Shown: positions 30,301 to 39,699 of the stretch, in pieces
Layout of the letters: the number at the start of each line of letters is the position of its first letter
Position numbering within the stretch: the stretch's first letter is position 1
Source: a virus
Taxonomy: Duplodnaviria; Caudoviricetes
IMG/VR virus record: IMGVR_UViG_3300011338_000368
Span: 1 to 57,670 of that record
Strand: one strand, 5' to 3'
Length of the DNA stretch: 57,670 nucleotides
Program-made: the position numbers and the translations under genes
Notes under the pieces: model-generated
What the model was told of the DNA's origin: nothing
Database searches by the model: none
What the model saw: the letters and a program-made list of their open reading frames with translations, nothing else

Positions 30301-30332
30301 GATACATCAGTATCTAATATTATTTTACTCAT
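27318..30332 (-). CDS. tail fibre/appendage protein with N-terminal BACON-like domain
   Basis: SWKIETDVAWV...EN.GAIRSGNITI...VTQ (BACON-like); fibre motifs GGTAGQILSKID.TDYNTQW, WGSITGTLSSQTDLQTALNAKQ, VGLANVDNTSDANKPVSTAQ. Confidence 0.75.
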   Translation of the reverse strand: MSKIILDTDVSWKIETDVAWVTGLPKVGTGYFEYTPIFTENAGAIRSGNITITYYTPTPTIEVIPVTQTGVGGYRNAKVFVVGLEEDSELPVRIKTTVGEYQNIFSPNCNTELDISGFMGSQTIPSDGENLTITLYYMGDNGYKPFLHQLNSVLFVETNVQCNDYIDAIAEGATAVTLTDNGIDGYSGNAEFNAENDYAYFILDYRNIIANSTLNIDNLSASLVTNFRLGQNNSGAVVFSSIAITSFTTESIKEVNYDGQQVFKEESDLDNTIILTNINTENPYSTLSISPPTGTSFNGWTPRIVLNTYPCSTTTISNTKRDYYYDCLPDTPVNSYRHTNYYSATPDVGTQLLNSTTYKPVTFTAGWYRNSTYAFNLNSAGVVIERRLLACSEAGVPVLTAETFNIENGSDVEFKIAATNNPYKYRITSVYTDVSVLGGTTGGSWNYTDTEGATSIVNVGIGETVIVAGNYSTFTRTRGSDSTIVNGGQAALDGIFVTDDGVIKIGSDVGGTFSAVVVATNCVGNSANRTFTFIVSAPPVIPPTDVCCTSGIPIGGTAGQILSKIDATDYNTQWIDEAPAASFTSTVKHQVKLGLAIVKGQAVYVTGADGTNMVVGKASNTSEATSSKTMGLLETGGSTNALVNVITEGLLTGLNTSSATIGDPVWLGVGGALIYGLVNKPYAPAHLVFIGIVTRVNSSNGEIFVKPQNGFELKEIHDVDLITTTPINGHLLGFDGTLWVNKTIAGWLGFTPQQQLTLTTTGTSGAATLVGATLNIPQYSGGGGGTWGSITGTLSSQTDLQTALNAKQNTITNSDSITQGTTNLFLTSAERTKLTNTSGTNSGDNAVNSLYSGLAASKEDTANKQTDLTASATKFPTVDAVNTGLATKEPTITAGTTSQYYRGDKTFQTLDKTVVGLANVDNTSDANKPVSTAQATAIGLKYDATNPSGYISNINALISQGTNITITGSGDVASPYVISASGGAGGGEPAIRKAQPRITRETYY

Positions 30333-33300
30333 TACGGAATTGGATTGTTGTTTGAAGATAATAGTATTGGGTCATTCAAAAAGCTAGGCAATGAACTTCC
30401 CATAGCGTCAACTACAGGTAAATTAATAATTATAGTGTTTGGTTGCTTAGTTATTTTTACAGATGTATCGGTGTACATGTATCTTTTATTTACTGGGTCA
30501 AACGCCCCGATTTTCTTAGTAGAGAAATCAGCAGCAAATCTAGTATTGAAAAATGATTGCATACCATTTTTACTTATTGGGAACAACCCTTGATTGTTTA
30601 GTCTTAATAATACACCTCTCTGAACGTCACTAAACCACATATCCCCTGCGTATTCAGTAAATGTCATTGGGTCTCGGCTTATCCCGTAGTTGCCTTCGTA
30701 TGATATTTGCGTTCCTAAAACTTCTGGAACTGAAGATACGGTTCCACCGCCTGTTGAGTCGCTTAGTAAGTTTTTACCATATAATACCTTTGTTATCTTG
30801 TCTTCATGTATTACAATCAAATCATTGTCTCTTGATTTAATTTTCTGAATGGAGCCGAATGATTTCTCTAGGTTTTTAAAGTTGCCAATAGATAAATTAA
30901 ACTCATTCAAATTATTTACATTACTATCGGCTCTATATACACCGCTGTAGGTTAAACTTTCAGATTGTACCTGTTGGCCATAATCTTCAGATACGCCATT
31001 AACCCTAGGAGACCACTCCATAGTTGGGGCGTTAAAGTCATCTCTAATTCTATTTGACTCAACTCCATTGTCAAATGCAAAACAGTTAAATGTCAATGGT
31101 AAGGTTAATCTAGCGTGTTGCATTGTTGTTTGGTTCTGGATGTCCCCTGTATGACATCTGTTATTCCCATTCTGATATATTTGAAAATCTTCACTACACT
31201 CATGGAATATTTTGCTATCAGTATCTTTCGGTGCAGTTTCTAAACATAATACATTTTTTTGGTATGTTATTTTAACACTAATTTGCATCGAGCCATTTAC
31301 TGAAGCTGAAAATGTCCCAGCGCCACCACTGCTTACTATCATAAATACATTTGTATTTGAAGTTGCCCCTGAAGCTGCAAATATTTGATTACCATCTATT
31401 GGTGAAATAAAATTATTTATATTAGGAAATGCATTCCTAAAAAATACATTTTTATATCCTAATGATATATTATTTAGATATAAATGGTTAAATGTTAAAT
31501 ATGCCCCATCTTCCCAAAACCACTCTTGAATATCTACATACGTTTTAGTAGCTATAAAAGATTGTGGAGGAGTAATAACTGACCCATTCGCTGCTGTATT
31601 CCCATCTCTTAAAAATGGAAACTCTATTAAAGTTCCCCCTGTTATTTCTTGTTTTACTGTGTCTGTTTTTACTACAGATGCTAGTCTATTAATACTATTA
31701 CCTCCAATAGTTGTTCCTAAGAATAATGAATATACATTAACCCTCCAAGAGTCACCAACTTGTAATTGATGCGTTGGGAGAATATCTAATTGGCCTACTG
31801 TTCCAGACATGAATGATGAAAATAAAGAAACAGCTACAGGCGCACCTGTTGAAACATGTCTAAAATGTATTGGAGTTGAATTTATATTTGTTTGACTTGG
31901 GAACTCTCTATAATTCAAACAATGATATGCCCCAACTATCCCAACGTATTCTATTATATATCTTATGTCTTTAGATGGAGAACTTATCTTTGAATATACA
32001 GCTCCACTTGAAGCTCCCTTAAACGATGTCCCATTAGCCCTATATAGTACACATGGTGAATAGTCCATATTGGGCTTAGTACTAGCCACAATCCACGAAG
32101 ACCCAACTTGATTGTTACCTGATGTGGCAGATGGACTCATGCTATTAAACATAAATCCAGTATTAGTGAAGCTATACAAATTAGCAGCTGTTATCGCTTG
32201 TGTATAATTTAATTTTAAATACGTACCTGCAATACTAGTATTTGCTACTATTTCTCCAAAGTTTTTTGCAGCTATTTCTAGTACTTTATATTCCTTACTA
32301 TCTCCACTAACTCCTGTATACAATGTTTTTATTACTACATAATCACCCACTGCTACTTTATTTACATCACTATTGCTTACCTTAAACCAAGTACCAGTGC
32401 CAACATTGTATGAAACAGTTGGATATATGTTATAGTATGAGTCTTTGGACTGCTTAATTGCAACCCTATATTTAGTAGCCCATTTCGGAGGGAAATGTGC
32501 AATATCAAGAATTAATGAGTTTTTATTTCCAGCCTTACTATATGGTAAATGGATTGTATTCTTTGGCGATGTTAAAACAGTACTCATGCGCCCATAGTCA
32601 TCTAAATACATTAGTCCTATTTCGTAATCTCTACCCGTCTTCAAGCTCGGTTGAGGAGTAGCAGCAGTTGCTATAGGAGTAGAGTTTATAGATACGGTAT
32701 AGTTAGGCAATACCATACTATTAAAATCTGTTTTTAAATCATAGAATTGAGTATAGTTGCCATAGATTAATCTGCCACCTATAATGTCCTGTGCTAATGC
32801 TTTTATCGGAACATTATCAAACAATCTAGTCAGTTGTCTACTTGGTAGTGCAGTATATATTTTGTTATTATCAAAAGACTTATATGTAAACGTAGAGTCA
32901 TCTAGTATTGTGCTTGTTTGTAGTATTGGATGAGCTTTATTTATCGTCTCAATTATGTAAACATTATTTGATGATGTATCTCTAAACAATATCTGTATAT
33001 CCGTTACTTGTCTGCTACCAGTGTTTACAGTTATGTCAACAGAGTTGTATATATTCTGCATCCCAACATTAGCTTCCGCATTTTGGTCGTAAGCAAACGC
33101 AGATGGGAAGAACCCAACCTTGCTAAATGGTGCCATAGAACTCCATCGACTGTTTGCATATTTATATCTATAAGAAAAATATAAGAACTTATTCTTTGTA
33201 TTAGTTTTTATATTTGTATCATTCTTTAAAAACAATGAAGGTGCGCTTACAGGAGGCTTGACAATAACAATAATGTCATCTATGTTCCAAGCAAAGGGGG

Positions 33301-33856
33301 GGATTGCTGAAGTCCAGTTTTTAGCATCTGCAATATTTACCATTTTTGGCGCAGATAGATTATCTGTCCACAATAGGAACCCGTTAAAATAGTTTATGCC
33401 CGATATTAAATAGCTTTTATTAAACCCCAATAAACTAGGTGTTGTAGGTGTTAATTTAACAGCACGGAGTATCACAGTCATATCCCCCACAACGCCATAC
33501 AGCCCAGCAGTGACACTACTTACGGTGTCTGGCCTGTCTATGTACTCCACAACTATGTCCTCTGTATCAGAAGCTATGAGCCAATAAATAGCGTTATTCG
33601 GCTCATACTTGCAGACTCCTATTACTACAGGATTTGTTAGAGGCATACCCGATGCTGTTCTTACATCTATTGTTACCCCAAGGGGCGTTTCTAGTCTTCT
33701 ATTTCCTTTTGAGTTTCGTAAAACTCCATTCTTATTACCATCAGTAGAATTTATAACATCTACGTTCAGTGCATCTATATACTCTGTTGAAGGAATTAAC
33801 CTAGCGTCAATATCCTTGTTCATTCTTGCTCCTGTAAATGTATTTACTATATTCAT
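30332..33856 (-). CDS. tail stabilisation/muzzle protein (crAss-like/P22 gp10-like)
   Basis: NTFTGARMNKDIDARLIP..EYIDALN, LLWTDN..PK..N, FSYRYKY, GRLIYGNY, NGVESNRIRDDFN, N.LNEFN. Confidence 0.75.
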   Translation of the reverse strand: MNIVNTFTGARMNKDIDARLIPSTEYIDALNVDVINSTDGNKNGVLRNSKGNRRLETPLGVTIDVRTASGMPLTNPVVIGVCKYEPNNAIYWLIASDTEDIVVEYIDRPDTVSSVTAGLYGVVGDMTVILRAVKLTPTTPSLLGFNKSYLISGINYFNGFLLWTDNLSAPKMVNIADAKNWTSAIPPFAWNIDDIIVIVKPPVSAPSLFLKNDTNIKTNTKNKFLYFSYRYKYANSRWSSMAPFSKVGFFPSAFAYDQNAEANVGMQNIYNSVDITVNTGSRQVTDIQILFRDTSSNNVYIIETINKAHPILQTSTILDDSTFTYKSFDNNKIYTALPSRQLTRLFDNVPIKALAQDIIGGRLIYGNYTQFYDLKTDFNSMVLPNYTVSINSTPIATAATPQPSLKTGRDYEIGLMYLDDYGRMSTVLTSPKNTIHLPYSKAGNKNSLILDIAHFPPKWATKYRVAIKQSKDSYYNIYPTVSYNVGTGTWFKVSNSDVNKVAVGDYVVIKTLYTGVSGDSKEYKVLEIAAKNFGEIVANTSIAGTYLKLNYTQAITAANLYSFTNTGFMFNSMSPSATSGNNQVGSSWIVASTKPNMDYSPCVLYRANGTSFKGASSGAVYSKISSPSKDIRYIIEYVGIVGAYHCLNYREFPSQTNINSTPIHFRHVSTGAPVAVSLFSSFMSGTVGQLDILPTHQLQVGDSWRVNVYSLFLGTTIGGNSINRLASVVKTDTVKQEITGGTLIEFPFLRDGNTAANGSVITPPQSFIATKTYVDIQEWFWEDGAYLTFNHLYLNNISLGYKNVFFRNAFPNINNFISPIDGNQIFAASGATSNTNVFMIVSSGGAGTFSASVNGSMQISVKITYQKNVLCLETAPKDTDSKIFHECSEDFQIYQNGNNRCHTGDIQNQTTMQHARLTLPLTFNCFAFDNGVESNRIRDDFNAPTMEWSPRVNGVSEDYGQQVQSESLTYSGVYRADSNVNNLNEFNLSIGNFKNLEKSFGSIQKIKSRDNDLIVIHEDKITKVLYGKNLLSDSTGGGTVSSVPEVLGTQISYEGNYGISRDPMTFTEYAGDMWFSDVQRGVLLRLNNQGLFPISKNGMQSFFNTRFAADFSTKKIGAFDPVNKRYMYTDTSVKITKQPNTIIINLPVVDAMGSSLPSFLNDPILLSSNNNPIP

Positions 33857-33857
33857 A

Positions 33858-34727
33858 CTACTTTATCCAATTTAAAGCACCTCTTAAAGCTTTTTTCAAC
33901 TTACTAGGGCTATTGTTACCTAATCTTATTTTAGTGTTTCTTAATGCGGCCATCTTATCTCTTCTAGCTCTATTTACAACATACTCAGGAATGCCACTCT
34001 TCCCGTTTAATAATGCCCACTTAATATACATGTACAGATATTCCTCTGCCATTTTATGTATCATTATGTCTGCATCATCTGCCTTCATCCCATCGCTAAA
34101 GTATTCTATCACTACTTTTTCTCCAGACATTCCACTAGAGAAATTAATTACTCCAGCTTTTTTATCTAGTCTAAATGTAGGGTTAAAGTCAATCTTAGCC
34201 ATGTCTATGCCAAGCAAAGGATAGTTGTATGGGTAATACCACTCATCATTAATGAACCACCCTAAATAGCCTTCTGGAGACATCTGTTGAGCGTCACCAT
34301 TAATCCTAGCTAAGTCTAAGTCACTGTCTACTAAAACAGCGTTACCATTTGAGTCGTAAACTGTGTCTCCTGCGGAGTCTTTCAGCATTGCTCTAGCGCT
34401 TATCACTGAATTAGACTCTTCAAGTTGTATTAGGTTACCATTTACTTCTCTATAAACCTTTATATAATTTACAAAATCAGATGGCATAACCATTTTCAAT
34501 GAAGAAGATACCTCACCCTCAAATGACAATGTTTCTTTTGCTGCATCGTAGTGCAACTCTTGTATCCCTCTTTTTGCACAAAATACTACGCTAAATCTGC
34601 TCGTATTATTAATGATGAAGTTATCTCCTGTACTTTGCAACAGGAAGTTAGAAACTATTTCGGTTAGTGGTAGGTATTGATAGCTCCCAAAATTTGAACT
34701 ATCTCCATAATATACTGAATCTTGCAT
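33858..34727 (-). CDS. tail ring/tubular structural protein
   Basis: GSYQY..L.EIV.NF, AKRGIQELHYD, MPSDFVNY, VIEYFSDG, HKMAEE. Confidence 0.7.
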   Translation of the reverse strand: MQDSVYYGDSSNFGSYQYLPLTEIVSNFLLQSTGDNFIINNTSRFSVVFCAKRGIQELHYDAAKETLSFEGEVSSSLKMVMPSDFVNYIKVYREVNGNLIQLEESNSVISARAMLKDSAGDTVYDSNGNAVLVDSDLDLARINGDAQQMSPEGYLGWFINDEWYYPYNYPLLGIDMAKIDFNPTFRLDKKAGVINFSSGMSGEKVVIEYFSDGMKADDADIMIHKMAEEYLYMYIKWALLNGKSGIPEYVVNRARRDKMAALRNTKIRLGNNSPSKLKKALRGALNWIK

Positions 34728-34732
34728 TTTCT

Positions 34733-35836
34733 TTATTTTTTGTTTAACATTGCTTCACGCTGCGCTTCTAGTTGTACAACCTGTGTTTCTCTTATTTGAA
34801 CACCTGCATACTGCAATATAATTGTAACCAACTTAGTAAACTCTTCATCGTATAATTCAAAATCTTGGAACCCTGAAATAGATGGATTATATATAGGTTC
34901 TCCGTTTGCAATAGAGGTGTAAGTCCAGTTTGGATACTTTGGATACCTAATGTAGTTTAACTCTATGTCGGATACTATAGAACTAGGATAAACCTCCACT
35001 AAAGATGCCTTCTGGTTATACACTGGAAACTCAAGCGATGGGTACACACTTGGAGACTTTAACAATAAAGCTAATTCTCTAGTGCTAACCTTTTGGATTT
35101 CGTTATTGCCTATAAATATGTTGTCAATAAAAAACCAGTCAGAAGGTAATGCATACCCTTTGCCTACACTTGTTGCTGCAATAGTAACCGTAGGAACCGA
35201 TGTGTAACCAGAACCAGCATTTGTTATTATAATATTTGAAATATTTCCTTTTGTATCAATACTTGCAGTTGCCAACGCTCCTGAACCAGCACCATTTGAA
35301 ACCGTGACATATTTCAATACTGCTGAACCATTTGTGAAGTTGTTATTCCTATCAAAACTTGTAATATTGGCTCCTGTAGTTCCTGCTGTAATTACGATGA
35401 AATAATTCGTTCCACTAGACAACATTGCACCCTTTGAAACACTTGTATTTGCAGCAAACGCCACTGAGCCAGAACTACCAATAAATACATTTGGAGCTGA
35501 AGAGTATCCGCCACCGCTATTTGCTAAAGCTATACTTGATACTGTACCTGCATTTATTGCAGCAATCGCAGTGGCTGTATCTGACTCTTTACTTATAAGT
35601 ATATTTTCTAAAAAAACATTTATGTTATACTCTATCTTTCTAACAGTATCAGCATAGTTATCGCTGGCCTTGCCATTCTTTAATAACTGCTTTGCTTCTT
35701 CATAGTCAACAAAATATTTATTAAAAATATCCAATTGTGCCATGCCTGCATATTGATTGAACTCCTGTGGAGTAATATACCCGTTATTGTCCTTGTTTAG
35801 GATATACAATACGGACTGTCTAACTTTATCAATCAT
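34733..35836 (-). CDS. head-tail adaptor/ring protein with internal insertion
   Basis: IDKVRQSVL.ILNKDN.GYITPQEFN..A..AQ..IF; YIRYPK.PNW. ATG 35836 is preferred because TATCTTTG lies just upstream. Confidence 0.7.
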   Translation of the reverse strand: MIDKVRQSVLYILNKDNNGYITPQEFNQYAGMAQLDIFNKYFVDYEEAKQLLKNGKASDNYADTVRKIEYNINVFLENILISKESDTATAIAAINAGTVSSIALANSGGGYSSAPNVFIGSSGSVAFAANTSVSKGAMLSSGTNYFIVITAGTTGANITSFDRNNNFTNGSAVLKYVTVSNGAGSGALATASIDTKGNISNIIITNAGSGYTSVPTVTIAATSVGKGYALPSDWFFIDNIFIGNNEIQKVSTRELALLLKSPSVYPSLEFPVYNQKASLVEVYPSSIVSDIELNYIRYPKYPNWTYTSIANGEPIYNPSISGFQDFELYDEEFTKLVTIILQYAGVQIRETQVVQLEAQREAMLNKK

Positions 35837-35852
35837 AGACAGCAAAGATAAC

Positions 35853-35889
35853 AAAAAAAAATCGCATAAAGATTATGCGATTTTTTTTT
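35853..35889. terminator. intrinsic terminator, bidirectional geometry
   Basis: A8-ATCGCATAA-AGA-TTATGCGAT-T8 downstream of ORF 35908-36228. Confidence 0.8.
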
Positions 35890-35907
35890 AAATTTGTTGT
35901 GTTACTA

Positions 35908-36228
35908 TTAAGCGTAAGCTACAGAAGTAAGAACCTGTTGTGTTGTACCACCTACTATAGGTAATGTAGGAAGTTCATAAACTGCAAAGTTATCTTTACT
36001 AATTGCACCAATAGCAAAAGCATCACTAATTGCTTTTACTACAGCATTGTGAGATGCATAAGTTGCGTCAGCTGTTGTAAACGTAATAGTTGTTTTTAAG
36101 GTAGCACTACCAACATAGAATATAAACATTGTAGATGTTGTAGGGAATGTAATTGTTGCAATATTATCTACCCCGACAATCACTTTATTCCCTGCTGTAC
36201 CTATAGGGAAACTAATTAATCTTTTCAT
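35908..36228 (-). CDS. putative virion protein
   Basis: 106-aa T/A-rich ORF in the head operon. Confidence 0.65.
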   Translation of the reverse strand: MKRLISFPIGTAGNKVIVGVDNIATITFPTTSTMFIFYVGSATLKTTITFTTADATYASHNAVVKAISDAFAIGAISKDNFAVYELPTLPIVGGTTQQVLTSVAYA

Positions 36229-36275
36229 TTTTTTTTATTTTTTTTTAAAATTGTTAAGTTGTTAAGCAAAGATAA

Positions 36276-37031
36276 TTAATTCAACTTACTTTCAACCATC
36301 TTCATTACTTCAAGTCCCTTTGTAGTTAAGAAGAACGCACTTAATGCTTGCTCTGCTGTTTCTCCAGAAGGTATTGTCAATAACTTCAACTTGTTGTTTT
36401 CTAAGTTGTAATAGATATCTCTACCATTGTTTTTTGTTATAAATATGCCTTCAGTGAACGACCTAGCTACAGTATTGTCTAATGTTAGCGTTGGGTCTTC
36501 TAAGGCTTCTAAGAACTCTCTAGGGCTTTTCTTGGCGTATATCAATATGTCCCTTTTTATTTCACTTGTAGTCATGCTGTCTACATTTGCCCCAGCATAT
36601 ACTCTTAAAATAGACTCTGCCACTGATACTTCTAATCCCTTAGCTGTTACCAATGCATCTATCTCTTTCAATAAAGCATCTTTTTCATCCTTTGCTATAG
36701 CCTCGTGGTCTAACTCTTTAAAGATAGTACCGTTGGCTGGATGGATGTCTAAGAACTTTTGTAGTGTTGGGTTTGTGTATGGAACATGAAGCGAACCGTC
36801 TTCAAACATTACATGCTCTAATATTGCGTTCCCATCTTGCTCATCTTCAAATGGACTCTTCTGATTTTTAGCATACCTTAATGCTCTGTTTTCGTTAGTC
36901 TCTTCATCGAAGTATAGCAACGGAGAACTCCTACTATTTTTTGATTGTAACATGAAACATATTGGCGAGCTATTGCCTGTCAATACATACGTTTTGTCTT
37001 TCCCTACTTGTGTTTTTTTTGTCGATTTCAT
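36276..37031 (-). CDS. conserved protein downstream of the major capsid gene
   Basis: LLYFDEE..NRALRYA.NQKSPF.DEQ...FEDG.L.V...LQKFL..HP. Confidence 0.7.
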   Translation of the reverse strand: MKSTKKTQVGKDKTYVLTGNSSPICFMLQSKNSRSSPLLYFDEETNENRALRYAKNQKSPFEDEQDGNAILEHVMFEDGSLHVPYTNPTLQKFLDIHPANGTIFKELDHEAIAKDEKDALLKEIDALVTAKGLEVSVAESILRVYAGANVDSMTTSEIKRDILIYAKKSPREFLEALEDPTLTLDNTVARSFTEGIFITKNNGRDIYYNLENNKLKLLTIPSGETAEQALSAFFLTTKGLEVMKMVESKLN

Positions 37032-37048
37032 TTTATTTAATTTAATTT

Positions 37049-37084
37049 AATAATGAGTGACAGAATCACCTGTCACTCATTATT
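37049..37084 (-). terminator. terminator/stabilising hairpin after the major capsid gene
   Basis: AATAATGAGTGACAG-AATCAC-CTGTCACTCATTATT, a 15-bp perfect stem. Confidence 0.75.
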
Positions 37085-37093
37085 TGTTATTTA

Positions 37094-38545
37094 TTAGTTT
37101 TTAAAGATAAAGAAGTTATTAGCTCCTAATACGCAAAGTGCTCTTTCAGATAAGAAATTAACTTTCATGCTATCTACATCGCTATTAGATGCGCCACCTG
37201 CTCCGCCTGTAACCCATGATTTATACTTTCTATCTTCAACTTCACTCTTACGATATCTAACGTGTAAGAATGGGCGTTTAGCATTTTTGCCTAAAACTTG
37301 GTCGTAAACATTAGTTGAACCTGCTGGAACTAATACTCCATTCACGGCTCCTGCTACTAAGTCGCCACGAGTTTGAGCGTCATTTAAGTATTTCCAGTCT
37401 GTTTTGTAGAAATCATAACCTCTACGGAAACCAGAGAACCCTAAATTTAAAGCCATATCCTTATCGTTATCGAACAATCCGAAGCTAGAACCACCCATAG
37501 CGCTTGCGCTTTGAGCTGCTAACATATCATCAATGTCAAAGCTAAACTGACGGTTTAAGAAAATTGCATTCTCTTGAATCGCACCTTGCTTATCTAATCT
37601 TTGAATAACTGCATCGAAGTCATTTAATGTGTTCGGATTACCACCGCTCCACACGTTACCTCTACTCTCTACTTCAGAGAATAAACCTTTAGTACCAACG
37701 CTAGTTGCACCAGTGCCACCACCTGTAATAATGTTTGACCCAGCTGCATTAACTGACTGAGTATTTAATGCTCCAGAGTTTGCTTCTGCTATCTTACCTT
37801 CAACCATACTCATTTCCAAGTAGTCTTCAAAACGAGTACGAGTTTCATGAGATGATTTTAAATACCACAAGTAGCCTCCGCCACCTGTTTCGTCAGATAC
37901 TTCTACCCATCCAATTTGAGCCATATCAGAACCACTAACTTCATAGTTTTCCTTAATTATAATTGGTTTGTTGTCGAAGAATACAGATTGAGCCTCTAAG
38001 CTACCCTCCATCCCAGCAGTACCTTTTCTGAACTCTGAACCATAAACAAATACAGTACACAAGTTTGTAGTTGCAGTACCTGCTATAATAGCTTGGGTTG
38101 CTTCATAAAAAGCTACATCAAATGTCAAACCACTTGAAGCAACATCTGTAATAATACCTTTGTTTGTTGCTGTCCCTGCGTTTTGAGAAATCAAAACTGT
38201 TTGACCTTTTCTGAAATTAACAGGCTTGCCAGCTTGTGCACTGAATTGTACAGCAGCAGTTTTTGCACCTGCTACTGAAGCAGTGTAAACGTCAGTGTAT
38301 TTTGTGTGTAATCTACCTTGCTCTGACCATTTAATTAAATCTGATGCAAATGGAATTTCTGCGCTTAACATTCTCAAGAATGATGCTACGCTTCTATTAC
38401 CATAACGCTCAAATTCTTTTTGATACTGCTCTGGTAAATATTGATTAAGGAAGTTAAAATCCTTAATATAGTTTGTTGATACTGGGATTTTCTGCGCTGT
38501 TGGCGTTAATCCGTAAGTAGGGGTTAATGATAATGTACCTGCCAT
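37094..38545 (-). CDS. major capsid protein
   Basis: QYLPE.Y.KEFERYGNRS, WSEQGRLH, NKPIIIK..YEVSGSDMAQIGWVE, RGYDFYKTDWKYLND, LSERALC..GANNF; follows scaffold and portal; hairpin downstream. Confidence 0.85.
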   Translation of the reverse strand: MAGTLSLTPTYGLTPTAQKIPVSTNYIKDFNFLNQYLPEQYQKEFERYGNRSVASFLRMLSAEIPFASDLIKWSEQGRLHTKYTDVYTASVAGAKTAAVQFSAQAGKPVNFRKGQTVLISQNAGTATNKGIITDVASSGLTFDVAFYEATQAIIAGTATTNLCTVFVYGSEFRKGTAGMEGSLEAQSVFFDNKPIIIKENYEVSGSDMAQIGWVEVSDETGGGGYLWYLKSSHETRTRFEDYLEMSMVEGKIAEANSGALNTQSVNAAGSNIITGGGTGATSVGTKGLFSEVESRGNVWSGGNPNTLNDFDAVIQRLDKQGAIQENAIFLNRQFSFDIDDMLAAQSASAMGGSSFGLFDNDKDMALNLGFSGFRRGYDFYKTDWKYLNDAQTRGDLVAGAVNGVLVPAGSTNVYDQVLGKNAKRPFLHVRYRKSEVEDRKYKSWVTGGAGGASNSDVDSMKVNFLSERALCVLGANNFFIFKN

Positions 38546-38574
38546 TTTTTTGGTTTTTTGTTTTTAATTGTTAA

Positions 38575-39651
38575 TTATTTTCTGTTTCTGCTTATTTTCA
38601 GAGAATAATCATCGTCATCTTCAACCATTTTAACACTTAGGCCACCCTTTGAAATTGATTGCGGTGAACTTCTAGTTCCTGACATATCTATATTTTTACT
38701 ATCTTTTGCAAAGTTTGTGGTAGCATCTGCTGCCCCTTGCTCATAGAAAAATTTAGCCATCATGTCTGGGTTAGAAGCCATCACCATCGCTTTATGGTAA
38801 GCCTCTGCATTTTTAAGCAATCCGTTTTCTCCAACATGGCTACTAATAAATGTGCCAATGTTAGACTGTTGCTCTTTGATTTTAGAAATATCTGAAGGCT
38901 TATATACTAAATTTTTGCCATCAATTTGAAATTCAAAACCTTTAAATTTCTCATTAAGCAACTCGTCAGTTTTCCGCTTAAAATATTCAACTTTTGCATT
39001 ATTCTCTTCCTCGTAGGCTGCCACCTGCGATTGTGTCCGCTTAAACAATTCATACGCTTCTTTTTCCTCTTCTTGCAATCCAGTTCCAACAGACGCTGCT
39101 GGTATTTTGTACTGCTCCTTTTGTTTATTAAAGTAATCAATTGCTTCCGCAAGGTCTTTTTTGTAAGCTACTTTTTTAGCAGCTATTTCTCTTTTTTCAT
39201 CAAATTCGTCATACTCGTATTTCTCCATCTCGAACTCCATGTCTTCATCATCAAGTTCTGGGTTCATGATAGCCAAGTATTCTCTAAGTAAGGTTGTAGG
39301 TTCTTCTTTTGTAAAGTCCCTATTCGCTTTTATAAAGTCTTCAAAACCACGCCCTGTTTCTTTATTGTACTTCATGTACATCGAAACGTCTTCTGGTAGG
39401 TCTACTGCTTCTTTTTTCTCGTTAAATAAATCCTCTAAAGAATTTACTTCTTTATTAAACTTATTCTTAATAAATGAAAGAACACTTGTTTCGCTGAGTT
39501 CTGACTCTGCTTCTGCCTCAGTTTCTTCTGTTGCTTCAGACTCTGCCTCTATGGCAACTTCTTCTTCTTTTGCAGCAGCTATTACATCAGCTTCTTTTTC
39601 TGATAATGATTTTTCTTCATCATCAACTAGTTTTACATTAGTAAATTCCAT
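38575..39651 (-). CDS. putative capsid scaffolding protein
   Basis: Very acidic N-terminus, coiled coils, A.FFYEQG.ADA...KNIDM; located between portal and MCP. Confidence 0.7.
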   Translation of the reverse strand: MEFTNVKLVDDEEKSLSEKEADVIAAAKEEEVAIEAESEATEETEAEAESELSETSVLSFIKNKFNKEVNSLEDLFNEKKEAVDLPEDVSMYMKYNKETGRGFEDFIKANRDFTKEEPTTLLREYLAIMNPELDDEDMEFEMEKYEYDEFDEKREIAAKKVAYKKDLAEAIDYFNKQKEQYKIPAASVGTGLQEEEKEAYELFKRTQSQVAAYEEENNAKVEYFKRKTDELLNEKFKGFEFQIDGKNLVYKPSDISKIKEQQSNIGTFISSHVGENGLLKNAEAYHKAMVMASNPDMMAKFFYEQGAADATTNFAKDSKNIDMSGTRSSPQSISKGGLSVKMVEDDDDYSLKISRNRK

Positions 39652-39699
39652 ATTATATTAAATTTTAGCAAATATATGACTAATATCATACATAAACAA

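Noticed and set aside
26016-30332. Diversity-generating retroelement acting on the tail fibre
   Set aside because: No reverse transcriptase in the window and no TR/VR pair differing at adenines was seen. The Gly-codon repeats reflect protein composition.
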